A DNA stretch of 64,000 nt from the human T2T-CHM13v2.0 reference genome, Homo sapiens, in NCBI RefSeq assembly GCF_009914755.1, contig NC_060935.1. The stretch is one strand, 5' to 3'. Under the pieces are notes generated by a model, which ran no database searches, was not told the origin of the DNA, and saw nothing but the letters and a program-made list of their open reading frames with translations. Position 1 is the first letter of the stretch, and each line of letters begins with the position of its first letter. A program made the position numbers and the translations under genes. Shown here piece by piece: positions 13,585-30,052 of the stretch.

Positions 13585-15896
13585 TGATATGGATTGGCTG
13601 TGTCTCCATCTCACCTTGAATTGTAATAATCCCCATGTGTCAAGGGTGGGGCAAGGTGGAGCTAATCGAATCATGGGGGTGGTTTCCCCATACTGTTCTC
13701 ATGGTAGTGAATAAGTCTCATGAGATCTGATGGTTTTATAAATGGGAGTACCCTTGCACAAGCTTTCTCTTGCCTGCTGCCACGTAAAACATGCCTTTGT
13801 TCCTCCTGCACTTTCCACGATGATTATGAGGCCTCCCCAGAAATGTGAAACTGTGAGTCCATTAAACCTCTTTTTCTTTATAAATTACCCAGGCTTGGGT
13901 ATGTCTACTGGCAGCATGAAAACAGATTATTAATTACAGTAAATTGGTACCAGGTAGTGGAGTGCTGCTTGTAAAGATACCTGAAAATGTGGAAGCAAAT
14001 TTGGAACTGGGTAAAAGGCAGACACTGGAACAGTTTGGAGGTCTCTGAAGAAGACAGAAAAATGTGGAAAATTTGTGGAAGTTCCTAGAGACTTGGAGGT
14101 CTCAGAAGACAGGAAGATGTGAAAAAGTTTGGAACTTTCTAGAGACTTGTTGAATGGGTTTAACCAAAATGCTGGTAGTGATATGAACAATAAAATCCAG
14201 GCTGAGGTGGTCTCAGGTGGAGATGAGGAACTTGTTGGGAACTGGAGTAAAGGTCACTCTTGCTGTGCAAAGAGGCTGGTGGCGTTTTGCCCCTGGCCTA
14301 GAGATCTGTGGAACTTTGAACTTGAGAGAGATGATTTGGGGTATCTGGTGGAAGAAATTTCTAAGTGGCAAAGCATTCAAGAGGTGACAGAGTGTAAAAG
14401 TTTGAAAAATTTGCAGATAGACAGTGCAGTAGAAAAGAAAACCCATTTTCTAGGGAAGAATATTCAAGCCAGCTACAGAAATTGGCATAAGTAATGAGGA
14501 GCCAAATGCTAATCACCAAGACAATGGGGAAAATGTTTCCAGGGCATGTCAGGGACCTTGCCAGCAGCTGCTCCCATCATAGGCCTGGAGGCCTAGAGGG
14601 GAAAAATGGGTTTCTGGGCTGGATCCAGGTACCCCCTGCTGTGTGCAACCTTTGGATTTGGTGCCCTGCATCCCAGATGCTCCAGCCATGGCTAAAATGG
14701 GCCAAAGTACAGCTCAGGTCATTGCTTCAGAAAGTATAAGCCTCAAGCCTTGGACATTTACATGTTTACATGTGGTGTTGGGACTGTGGGTGCACAGAAG
14801 TCAAGAATTGAGGTTTGAGAACCTCCACCTAGATTTCAGAGGATGTATGAAAACTCCTGGATGTCCAGGCAAAAGTCTGCTGCAGGGGCACAGCCCTCAT
14901 GGAGAACTTTGCTAGGGTGGTGCAGAAGGGAAATGTGGGGTTGGAGTCCCCACACAGAGTCCCTACTAGGGAACTGCCTGGTGGAGTTGTGAGAAGAGGG
15001 CCACCATCCTCCAGACTCCAGAATGGCAGATCCACCAACAGCTTGCACCATGTGCCCGGAAAAGCTGCAAAGACTTGACACCAGCCTGGGAAAGCAGCCA
15101 GGAGGGGGGTTGTACCTTGCAAAGCCACAGGGGCAGAGCTTCCCAAAACCATAGGAACCCACCTTTCACATCAGCATGACCTGGATGTGAGACTTGGAGT
15201 CAAAGGAGATCATTTTGGAACTTTATAGTTTAATGACTGCCCTATTGGATTTCAGAATTTCATGGGGCCGGTAGCCCCTTCATTTTGGCAAATTTCTCCC
15301 ATTTTGAATGGGTATATTTACCCAATGCCTATATCCCCATTGTATCTAGGAAGTAACTAACTTGCTTTTGATTTTAAAGGCTCATAAGGGGAAGTGATTT
15401 GCCTGGTCTCAGATGAGACTTTGAACTGTGGACTTTTGAGTTAATGCTGAAATGAGTTAAGATTTTGGGGGACTGTTGAGAAGGCATGATTGGTTTTGAA
15501 ATGTGAGGACATGAGATTTGGGAGCAGTCAAGGGCAGAACGATATGGTTTAGCTGTGTCCCCACCCAAATCTCAACTTGAATTGTAATAATCCCTGTGTG
15601 TCAAGGGAGGGGCCAGGTAGAGATAATTGAATCATGGGGACAGTTCCTCCATATTGTTCCTGTGGTAATGAATAAGTCTCATGATATCTGATGGTTTTAT
15701 AAATGGGAGTTCCCTTGCATAGCTCTCTCTTGTCTGCTGCCATGTAAGACATGCCTTTGTTCCTCCTTCATTTTCTGCCATGATTGTGAGGCCTCACCAG
15801 CCATGTGAAACTGTGAGTCCATCAAACCACTTTTTCTTTATAAATTACCCAGTCTTGGGTATGTCTTTATTGGCAGCATGAAAACAAACTAGTACA
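13585..15896 (+). mobile_element. Full-length THE1 (THE1B-like) MaLR: 5'LTR 13585-13938, internal 13939-15539, 3'LTR 15540-15896
   Basis: Two homologous LTRs TGATATGG...TACA; THE1-int between them; 5-bp TSD ACAAG at 13580-13584 and 15897-15901. Confidence 0.95.
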
Positions 15897-16652
15897 ACAA
15901 GGTAAGACCCCATCTCGAGAAGTTAGAAACAATATCGAAGCAAACTTGTGAAAATCAGAAGGAAGGAAATAATAATCAAAATGTTGAAAACAAGCAAACA
16001 AAAATAAAATAAACATTTACTTGAAAGGATCAGTGCAGTGAACAGCTATTTTAAAAGGCTAATGAAATCGTTAAATCTCTGATTAGATTGACTATGGTAG
16101 GGACAGGGAAGAGTTGAGAAGGCACATGTAGTTGTCATCAGAAAAGAAAAAGAAATGACATCAGAAAAGATGGTACAGTAAGAAAAGTCTATTACAAAGT
16201 CCTATAAACTATTAAATTAAAAATTTAGATAAAATGAGCCTACATTAAAAATATTATGTAAGTATTTTATATTTTCTTAAAATGTAGAATTCATGTTAAA
16301 ATTATTTCTAAAACTAAAACTAACTCTAAGCCTACTTGGTTTCATTAGGAAACTCTCCAAAGCATTCAAGAGAGAAATAATTTTAATCATATATAAATTC
16401 TTTAAAAAATAATCCCAGAAAGTGTGTGAGACTAGTATAGTGACATTGAAACCCAATATTGACATTATAAAAATTTAAAGGGACATGCTCACTCATAAAC
16501 AATTGTAAACATAACATTAGCAAACAGAATCCAGAAATGTGAAAATAATAATAGATCATATCTAAGATTAATTTCTCAACAGTGAAACACATTTGACTGC
16601 AACAGATATATTGATATAAATAATTATATTTACAGATTAAAGGAGAAAAACT

Positions 16653-18918
16653 TAGGTACAGAAAGAGCATTTGATAAATCCAGCATCCCTTTATAATAAA
16701 AACCCTCAGTAAAATAGACATAGTAGTGACTTAGCTCAAAGTAATAAAAGCCATCTGTTAAAAAACCACAGCCAACATTATATTGAATGCAGAAAAGTTG
16801 AAAGCATTCTCCCTGATAACTGGAACAAGCAAGGATGCCCACTTTCACCACTTCTATTCAACATAGTACTGGAAGTCCTGGCCAGAGCAATCAGACAAGA
16901 GAAAGAAATAAATGGCATCCAAACTGGAAAAGAGGAAGTCAAACTGTCACTGTTCACTGATGATATGATCGTATACCTAGAAAATCCTAAACACTCATCC
17001 ATATAGCTCCTAGATCTGAAAAATGAATTCAGTAAAGTCTCAGTATACAAAATCAAGGTACAAAAATCAGTATCACTGCTATACACCAACAATGACCAAG
17101 CTGTGAAAAAAATCAAGAACTCAATCCCTTTGACAACAGCTGCAAAAACAAAAGAAAAAAACTTAGGAATATACTTAACCAAAAATGTGAAAGATCTCTA
17201 CAAGAAAAACTACAAAACACTGTTAAGATAAACCACAGATGACACAAACAAATGGAAACACATCTCATGCTCATGGATGGGAAGAATCAATATTGTGAAA
17301 ATGGCGACACTGCCAAAAGCAACCTACATTTTCAATGCAATTCCCATCAAAATACCACCATGATTTTTCCACAGAACTAGAAAAAGCAATCATAAAATTC
17401 ATATGGAATCAAAAAGAGCCTACATACCCAAAGAAATACTAAAGCAAAAGTAACAAATCTGGAGGCATCACATTACATGACTTGGTATTATACTACAAGG
17501 CTATAGTTACCAAAACAGCATGGCACTAGTATAAAAATAGGCACGTAGACCAAGGGAACAGAATAGAGAACCCAGACCTAAAGCCAAATACTTACAGCCA
17601 ACTTGGACAAAGGACACAAAAACATAAACTGGGGAAAGGACACATTATTCAATAAATTGTGCTGGGATAACTGGCAAGTTAGATATAGAAGGATGAAACT
17701 GGATCCTCGTATCTCACCCTATACAAAAATCAAGTCAAGATGGATAAAAGACTTAAAAGCTAAGCCCTGGGACCACAAAAATCCTAGAAGATAACATCTG
17801 AAAAACTCTTCTAGACATTGGCTGAAGCAAAGAATTCATAACTAAGACCCCCAAAGCAAATGCAACAAAAACAAAAATTAAAAAATGAGACCTAACTAAA
17901 CTAAGAAGTTTTTGCACAGCAAAAAAAATAATCAACAGACAACTCACAGAATAGCAGAAAATATTTGCAAACTATGCATCCAACAAAGGACTAATATCCA
18001 GAATCTACAAGGAACGCAAATAAGTCAGCAAGATAAAAACGAATAATCCCATCAAAAAGTGGACTAAGGACATGAATAGAAAATTCTCAAAAGAAGATAT
18101 ACAAATAGCCAACAAACATAGGAAAAAATTGCTCAATATCACTAATTACCAGGGAGATAGTTAAAACCACAATGAGATTACTAACTTACTCCTGCAAGAA
18201 TGACTATAATTAAAATATCAAAAATCAACAGATGTTGGTGTGGATGTGGCAAGAAGCGAACGCTTTTACATTGCCATTGCTGGTGGGAATGTAAATTAGT
18301 ACAACTACTATGGAAAATAGTATAGAGATTCCTTAAAGAACTAAAAATAGAACTACTATTCAATCTAGCAATCCCACTACAGGGTATCCACCCAAAGGCA
18401 AAGAAGTCACTATATGAAAAAGACACATGCATGGGCATGTTTATAGCAGCACAATTTGCAAATAGCAAAGATATGAAACCAACCTAAGTGCACATCAACC
18501 AGTAAGTGGATAAAGAAATTGTGGTGTATTATAAACCATGGACTACTATTCAGCCATAAAAAGAAACAAAATAATGTTTTATACAGCAACTTGGATGGAG
18601 TTAGAGGCCATTATTCTAAGTGAAGTAACTCCGGAATGGAAAACCAAATATCATAGTTTCTCATTCATGAGTGGTAGCTAAGCTATGAGGATGCAAAGGC
18701 ATAAGAATGATATAATGGACTTTGGGGACTTGGAGGAGAAGGCTGGGAGAGGGACGAGGAATAAAAAGCTACATATTGGGTACAGTGTACACTGCTTGGG
18801 TGAGGGATGCACCAAAAATCTCAGAAATCACCACAAAACAACTTATCTATGTAACTATAAACCACCTGTACCTCAAAAACTGTTGAAATAAAAATAAAAA
18901 ATAAAGAAAATTAAAAAA
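16653..18918 (+). mobile_element. 5'-truncated L1PB (L1PB2-like) with TSD
   Basis: ORF2 RT to 3'UTR (GGGTACAGTGTACACTGC...CAGAAATCACCAC), A-rich tail; TSD (T)AAAGGAGAAAAACT at 16638-16652 and 18919-18933; TT/AAAG endonuclease-type site. Confidence 0.92.
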
Positions 18919-19153
18919 TAAAGGAGAAAAACTATCTTAATAGAGGCAGAAAAATTGCTTGAAAACAGTAAAGATTCCTTCACATTAAAAGAAAGCATGA
19001 AACTAAGAATAAAAGGGAATTTCACTAATCTGATAAAGATTTTTGGTAAAAGAAGTACAGCAGACATAATATTAAAAGGTGAAATATTGGAATTTGTTTC
19101 CCTTTGGGACCAAGAACATGGCAATGATATCTACGATTATCACTTCTATTTAG

Positions 19154-19921
19154 TTTTTTTTTTTTATACTTTAAGTTTTAGGGTACATGTGCACAATGTG
19201 CAGGTTAGTTACATATGTATACATGTGCCATGCTGGTGTGCTGCACCCATTAAATTGTCATTTAGCATTAGGTATATCTCCTAATACTATCCCTCCCCTC
19301 TCCCCCCACCCCACAACAGTCCCCAGAGTGTGATGTTCCCCTTCCTGTGTCCATGTGTTCTCATTGTTCAATTCCCACCTATGAGTGAGAACATGTGGTG
19401 TTTGGTTTTTTGTCTTTGCGATGGTTTACTGAGAATGATGATTTCCAGTTTCATCCATGTCCCTACAAAGGACATGAACTCATCATTTTTTATGGTTGCA
19501 TAGTATTCCATGGTGTATATGTGCCACATTTTCTTAATCCAGTCTATCATTGTTGGACATTTGGGTTGGTTCTAAGCCTTTGCTATTGTGAATAGTGCCA
19601 CAACAAACATACATGTGCATGTGTCTTTATAGCAGCATGATTTATAGTCCTTCGGGTATATGCCCAGTAATGGGATGGCTGGGTCAAATGGTATTTCTAG
19701 TTCTAGATCCCTGAGGAATCACCACGCTGACTTCCACAATGGTTGAACTAGTTGACAGTCCCACCAACAGTGTAAAAGTGTTCCTATTTCTCCACATCCT
19801 CTCCAGCACCTGTTTCCTGACTTTTTAATGATTGCCATTCTAACTGGTGTGAGATGGTATCTCATTGTGGTTTTGAGTTGCATTTCTCTGATGGCCAGTG
19901 ATGGTGAGCATTTTTTCATGT
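19154..19921 (-). mobile_element. Young L1PA 3' end (L1PA3-like), ~770 bp
   Basis: T-tail then TATACTTTAAGTTTTAGGGTACATGTGCACAATGTGCAGGTTAG; reverse ORFs MIDWIKKMWHIYTMEYY and [14 protein letters not shown] are the ORF2 C-terminus. Confidence 0.95.
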
Positions 19922-19965
19922 TTTTTTAATCTAAAGTCTTAGACTCAAACTAGGGAGAAAATAAC

Positions 19966-20522
<557 letters not shown>

Positions 20523-20534
20523 ATAAATTGTTAC

Positions 20535-20789
20535 TTTTTTGGAAATAATGTCACCCAGGCTGAAATGCAGTGGCCTAATCATGGCTCACTGAAGCCTCAA
20601 GTAGTCCTCCCACCTAAGCCTCCCTGTAGCTGGGACTGCAGATGCACACCATTGCACCTGGCGAATTTTTGTAGAGAAGGGGTTTTGCTATGTTGCCCAG
20701 GCTGGTCTTGAACTCCTGGGCTCAAGTAATTTGCCCACTTCAGTCTTCCAAAGCACTGGGATGACAGGTGTGAGCCGCCACGCCCAGCC
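20535..20789 (-). mobile_element. AluJ with internal deletions
   Basis: ATGGCTCACTGAAGCCTC, GAACTCCTGGGCTCAAG (J-type). Confidence 0.88.
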
Positions 20790-22472
20790 AAGTTGTTATA
20801 AATTATTAGAAGATTAGTGAAATTATTGATTGAGAGTTATTCACAGTTGCTGAATATTAAATCAAAATAAAAAATAAATTTTAATCCTACTGTCCAGCCA
20901 CAAATACATAATAAATAAATAAAAACAACTTATTGCACCATCAAAACTTATGAATTAGCTAGTAATAAGGACAACAAAAGTTGTGAAAATTTTCCAGGGG
21001 TAATAATACAATTTTACTGAAAAAAGACCCAAAGTTAGAGATATACTACGTTCACAGATATAAAGAGCCAGTATTTTAATGTTATTGTTTTTGCCCAAAT
21101 TAGTATAAGACATCTATGTTATCCCATTCAGACTCTGCAAATATTTTAGTATATTGGCAAGATAATTCTAATTTTTTGAGTATGATTCAAAAAATAAAGT
21201 ATACGGCTCAAGAATATAATAATTATAGCTAATGAAAATAATAAAGTGAGAGACTTGCTTTCTCAGATGCCATTATTTATTATAAAGCAATAGTAATAAA
21301 GACAATGTGATGCTGATAAATAAGCTAATAGAAAATAGCAAGCCCAGAAATTGACACACTTATAGATGGATCCAAATTTTCACAAAGATGACATTACATA
21401 GAAATGGCAGACATGAACTCTCAACATACAGTGTTGAAGAAATTGGAATTTGTATGGAAAAAAAGACAAAATTGATCTACCACCATACATCATAAACAAA
21501 GGTAAATTCCAGATAGATCAAAAAGCAAATGTGACTATATGAGAATATCTTAATATCTTAGGAGACAAGCTATAAAAACACCACCCATAGAAAAAGAAAT
21601 GAATACACATGGCCATATTACAAATAAAATTTTCCTCATTGTAAGACATGATAACAATGTGAAAAGACAGGTAGCAATACTTATAATCAGCAAAAGGGCC
21701 TGTACTCAAAATTCATAGACATTTTATAATCCATTAAGAAAAGGAAACCCAAAAGAAAAAGTAAGAACGTTGAACAGGGATTTTACTTATGATGAAAGTC
21801 AATGACCTTTACACATATAAAAGGGGACTCAACATGATTAGTAATCAGAAAATTTCAGATTAAAGCCACATAAAGTGATAACTTTGCCCCACCAGATTGG
21901 CAAAACTTTACGACCTGACAAATACCAAGAGATGTTTGAGGTTATAGAAACAATCATACACTCCAGCTGGGAGTCTAAATTTTTACAACTTCATAAAAAT
22001 TCATTTGGCATTATCTTGTGGTATTCACAATCTATATACTCAATGATCAAGACATTTTAGTATTAGATATTTATGCTAGAGAAATGTGTGCTTATGTAGA
22101 CCAAAGTACCTGTACAGGAATATTAATAGCAGCATTGCTGGAAATGCAATGACGGTCCATCAAGACTAGAGTGGATAAAAATCAATGTAATATGGTTTTA
22201 TAAAGTGAAATTCTACACATCAACAAAAATGAATGAATGCAGCTGCACACAACATAGTTATGCTTAAGAACATAAATTTGAACAAAAGACTTAAAATGAA
22301 ACATACAGAATTATTCTATCTACATAAAGTTCAAAATACGCAAAACTGAAATTACTGTGTGTGTACTGAGATAAAATTATCTTTAAAATCAATATGCATA
22401 TATGAATGCATATATACATATATAAAATCAATATGGATATATAAATTTAATATATATATAGTTATATTAAAA

Positions 22473-22755
22473 AACAGGGTCTCACTCTGTTGCACAGGCT
22501 GAAGTGCAGTGCCTGCTTTAACGGCTCACTGCAGCCTCGACCTTCCTGGGCTAAGGTGATTCTCCTACATTAGCCTCCCAAGTAGCTGGGACTATGGGCA
22601 CACACCACTATGCCTGGCTAATTTTTGTATTTTTTGTAGAGACGAGGTCTCCCTATGTTGCCCAGGCTGGTCTCAAACTCCTGGGCTCAAGTGATCCATC
22701 TGCCTCAGTCTCCCAAAGTGCTGAGATTACAGGAATTAGCCACCATGCCTGACCC
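22473..22755 (-). mobile_element. AluJ preceded by AT-rich low-complexity tail (22390-22470)
   Basis: CAGGGTCTCACTCTGTTGC...CTCCTGGGCTCAAGTGATCC. Confidence 0.9.
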
Positions 22756-25700
22756 TAATATGCTTATAAATTGAGGGAGGTGATTGTGTTCAGGAAGGGT
22801 ACTCAGGGGGACATTAGGGTCTCTAGGATAATTGTGTCATTCTAATCTTGATTTGGTAGTGGTTATTAAAGATTCATTCTATAATCATTCAACTATACAT
22901 TTTTATGCTATGATCTCAGCGTATATTTTTATTGTAAATAAAGATTATGTTTTATCCTCCCCCAAAATAAATGACAGCTTTGGAGTAATTTATATGTAAA
23001 TTAAATGTATGCATTACTGTAGTAAAAAAGTAGTTAAAATCTCATCAGGGACAAAATTGAAAGAAAAAATATTTGGTTCTGATTGAGTATAATAAATACT
23101 GTAAGATAGGTCTATTCATTGTTCTGCAAAGTCACACAGAAGTGACCAACTATATCTTACTCTCCCTGAGGCAGGAATCTAAGTATCAAATAGCTTTCTC
23201 TTTCTCACATTCCCTATATACCGAGTGCTTCTCTGACCCTTTAATGTAACAAGGTAGAAGAGCACCTAGTATCTAAATATTATTAGTTTTAGAATAAATA
23301 TTGCAACTTCTTGATTTCCAAGACAAAAGCCTTGGGCCAGTTATAAATCAGGAAATATTAAGATGGACACATGGTCATACAAACTTAGGTTTTGTCCTTT
23401 TTTTTCCTGCTCCATACCTAACCAGGAATAGATTCCATGAGCTGGAAATAGAAAAGCAATTGGATAAGAGGCAAGTGCTAGTTGGTCTGTCTGTATTCCA
23501 AAGATAGCCTGCGAATCTTAGTAAAAAGAGTACTTGTGCCTCCCTGGTCATGTCTGGAACTCTGGCAGTCAGAAGCTTTTCCAATGTCTCTTGTGTCACA
23601 CTAATGTGAAAGCAATAGAGCAGAGATGGCTGCAAGGGCTGATAAAGACAGTGTGAAGGTTTGCTCTGTTCTGGATCCACCTGCAGTCCCAAAGCAACAC
23701 AAAACAGCAGCCAATTCTTCCCGTGCCTATGGAAGGGAGCACAGAAGTTAGCAGAAAGAGGAAACCCGCAGGCCAGAAAGAGAACCTGAAATAAAATATG
23801 GAACTTTAAAAGAAATAACAAAGGTTGGCCCATTCTGTGCCTCTGTATCTTTATCTTTGTGCATTGCCTGCTTAAAGGGAACACACTTGAAACAAAATAA
23901 GGGCAAATAAAAATCTCAAAAGATCCTAGCATAAAACAGAAATAGATAAGATTGGAATAGACATTATCCTTCAACATTTGTGTTCGCCTCTCCAGAACTT
24001 ACTATACAATGCTGGGAGAAAAGGGGGAAGATCGGGCTTGGGGAGAGAGAGTGACAAAATTTAAAATGTAAATTAAGAAAATAGAATTTTAGTGAATCTA
24101 CTTGGAAGTTAATATATGACATTTTCTATATCAGGTGCAATGGAGGCTTGGAATTAACAATTAAACTGACATTTAAAACAAAGAGTTATACTGCATACAC
24201 TTGAGCTTGGGGCCATTGAATTTTTAACCTGCAACATGTCCACAATTTCCATCTCACTTTTCAGGATTTTGCAGTGGATCTCAATGTTTGCTCTGAAAGC
24301 AATGTTTTTTAAAGGCTGTGATGAAATATCTAACTCAGGTTTCCCAGATAGAGCCAATGTTTACTTGAGCAATCTTAATTCAAGAAAAGCTGTGCAAGAT
24401 GGACTCTGTAATTTAACAATTTAGACAAAGTCTTTCACTTGGTTGATATATTTACAACATCTTGCTATTTTGGTTTCTCCCATTGCAAAGAAATTCCCTA
24501 GCACTTAACCATTTAAATGTTAGAGAAAGGTAATTAAGGAATAATTTTCCTGTGGTGATGCCTGTGGTCTTGTCAAATGAATCAGCTGCTAGCATGGCAG
24601 TAAAGGTTGTATCCAAACTGAGCATGGTTTACAATAATGGAAGCAGCTGGTTTACTGAGTTAGGGAATGAGAACTGATTATTGATTTGCTATCCTTGTAA
24701 CGACATCAGTGGAGAGTGATAATGGACTGTACCACTTTGAACAGAGTAAATAGCCATTTTTATATTACTTGCTTTCTTGCAAATTGGCTACTAGCAGTGA
24801 GAGTAAAATATATGGCTGTCTCATATCTCGAAGCACTAAACAAATTGCACTAGAGGAACGCTGTGAAGCATGGTAGAACATTTGCTGATATTTACAACTT
24901 GAGCTCAGGCTACAAACTCCACATTAAAAAGTTCTCAATTCTCTCCGTTTATTTTCCACAGTCATTTGGGTATTGCGTCCCCAATTTTTAGCTGCTGCAG
25001 TTATTTTGGAATAATGCATAATTGTTTTTTACCTCACAACATTGAAGAACACTCTGGGGTTCTTATCAATTTGTCATTTCAGTGAAAAAATATAAGCTAT
25101 TTTCTGGGCTTGTATTTCTTGAAAAAGGAAAATTATCCATAGAAAAATAATAGAAGGAAATATCAAGATACAAGAATGTTACTTTAAAATGGTTCTTGAA
25201 TAAAGACAGTGCTGATTTTGGAGCAAAACTTCAATTTTCGCTTTGTCTCTCTTCTTTAATTATGATTTTCCTCCCACTCCTTCCTTTCATAGAGTTGACA
25301 TTCTGTCAGGAGAAGCTACCTAGATGTACTCATGTCTGAGTCACTCCTCCAACAGCATTTTTCTTTCTTCCTTCGGGAGGTGCTCTGAGTCTGCATACAT
25401 TTTGCCGTTGATTCTATTTATAAAATGGATTATTTTGTGTGATCTGGACTATACAATCCACTTGTGCCAAGATAAACAGGTGTCTCCATGGCTGGGCATC
25501 CACAACTGAAACAGCTAGGAAGGTTATTTTGGATTTTGGAAATATTTTAGCCTCTCACCAGGAGAGTGGATAGTTTACTCCCCAGTTGTGGTAGCTGTAT
25601 GTTCAGAACAGAGTTCCTAAACACAGTCATACCAACCTGGAGGTCCACTTTGTGTCTTCATGTAGATAATCCATGTCGTTGAAAACAGTAAAGAGATGCC

Positions 25701-26633
25701 CTTCCTTTCTCCTTGATTCCTCTTGAATACCACTGGATAAATGATTAAAGGTAAAATATGAAGAGAAGAATCCAAGGGCTTTATGCAGGGATTTATGAAG
25801 GACAAATTTTCTTGCTCTGATTTACTGGCGGTAGCTTCCTGAATTCTTCCATGGAAAATATTCTGAAGATACATCTAGGTTCAGTGGGAAAGCAGTGCCA
25901 TGTTGAACACTGATATCTGCATTGGCATGGAATATGGAATAGTACGTATCACATGGTTCCCACTCATGACACATGAATTTCTTGCATTTGTTTGAAGTGT
26001 CATAGCTATTGGAGCATTTTCAAATGTTGTATATCATCTAATCAGCATTTGAATATAAATCAGATGCTTTCTTTTTTTTTTTTTTAAACACTGGACCACA
26101 AGAAGGAGGCTTAAGACATATTACCAAAGTGATACAGACATTGCTTAGTAGTTTAGAGATTGCTTATATTCCTTGCAATTCAATATATGCTAGTACAATC
26201 AGGCTTTTAATTTGTTCATAAACTTACTATGAATGTTTTGCTTACAGAGGGCCAAATCCTTCAGGAAAACTTGAAATAGAGAAATGCACTGCACATTCAG
26301 GTTTATTCTAATGTTTAGTTTCAACAAAGTCCTCTTTCTCTCTCTCGCGAGTCTTATTTTATAGCATTCATTTTTATTTGGAGATCAAGAGCTATTCCTA
26401 TGAAACTTTTTACTTTATTTTGAATTCTAAATAAAGCTTGTTTATGATGAAAAATGCTTTTAATTAATGTTTATTTTATTACTTTGCCCCATCATGCAAA
26501 TATTATTGTAAATGTCTTCAGCCAGAAACAGTATTCAGCCATACTTGTACAATGAAACCAAAACTATTTCATAATAAATACATATCTGAATAGGTACACT
26601 GGTTTTATAAATGAATATGTTTCTTTTTATAGC

Positions 26634-26823
26634 TCAGTGGTCTCAGTTGGAGGTGATTTCATTCCTTAGGGAATATTTGCCAATATCTGAAGACATTTTT
26701 AGTTTATACACTAGCACCTGGGGGACTGCCACTGCCCCTTAATGGGCAGAGGACAAGAACGGCCTCTAAAAACACAGGACAACACTGACAACAAAGAATT
26801 ATTCAAGATTGAGAGAACTGCTG
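26634..26823. mobile_element. MER20-like hAT-Charlie DNA transposon remnant
   Basis: CAGTGG...GGAATATTTGCCAATATCTGAAGACATTTTT...CACAGGACAAC...CAACAAAGAATTAT. Confidence 0.75.
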
Positions 26824-27251
26824 TAACTCTTGGTATAAAGACTCATCTTGTAAGTTATAGTGCTACACATTTTGACTGATTTTCTGCTTAATAACCTAAT
26901 TGAGGAGCACAAGAGTCTGAAACAGCCATATATCACTTATGAAATTTACCATTATAAATTTAGGTTTTCAATAATCATTATAGCGAATATTTATTAAAAT
27001 AGACTAAAATGTGACAAATAAACCCTTAAGAGATTTTCAGGATGAAATAATAGAATATGTTTTCTGATCACAGTGAAATGAAACTAGAAATTAATGAGAA
27101 AGAAAAAAGTTTCAAAACTTTAAAATTAAAGCAAAAATACTTTTAAATTGCCCAAGAAATAACAAAATGGAAGAAAATAATAAAGAATTGTAAAATATTT
27201 TTAAAGAAACGATCAAAATATGACATATCATCATGAACCTATATTGCTAGG

Positions 27252-29696
<2,445 letters not shown>

Positions 29697-30052
29697 TTAT
29701 TTATCTAAGTTAAAACTTAGACAAAAGTCTTAAAATGTTACATATGAAATTCTGGAATATGTAAAAGGACTTATACATAATGACTAAGACTCGTTTATTC
29801 CCAGAATGTAAGATTAGTGTAACATTTTAAAATAGCACAATTTACTATATTAATAGCAAAAGAAATGGGAAAAAGTATATTGTCATCTCAGTCTACTCAG
29901 AAGAAACTTTGAACATAAAATTCAATACACTTTCATAACTAAAAACAGACAAACAAACCAACAAACGAAAAAAACCAACTCTCAGGAAGCTTGAACTAAA
30001 TGGGAAGTTCTTTAATCTGATTAAAAATACGTATTTTAAAAACCTACAGCAG

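Noticed and set aside
19154-19921. Possible twin-priming inversion belonging to the adjacent L1PB
   Set aside because: It has its own T-tail and a younger subfamily 3'UTR, and lies outside the L1PB TSD: an independent insertion.
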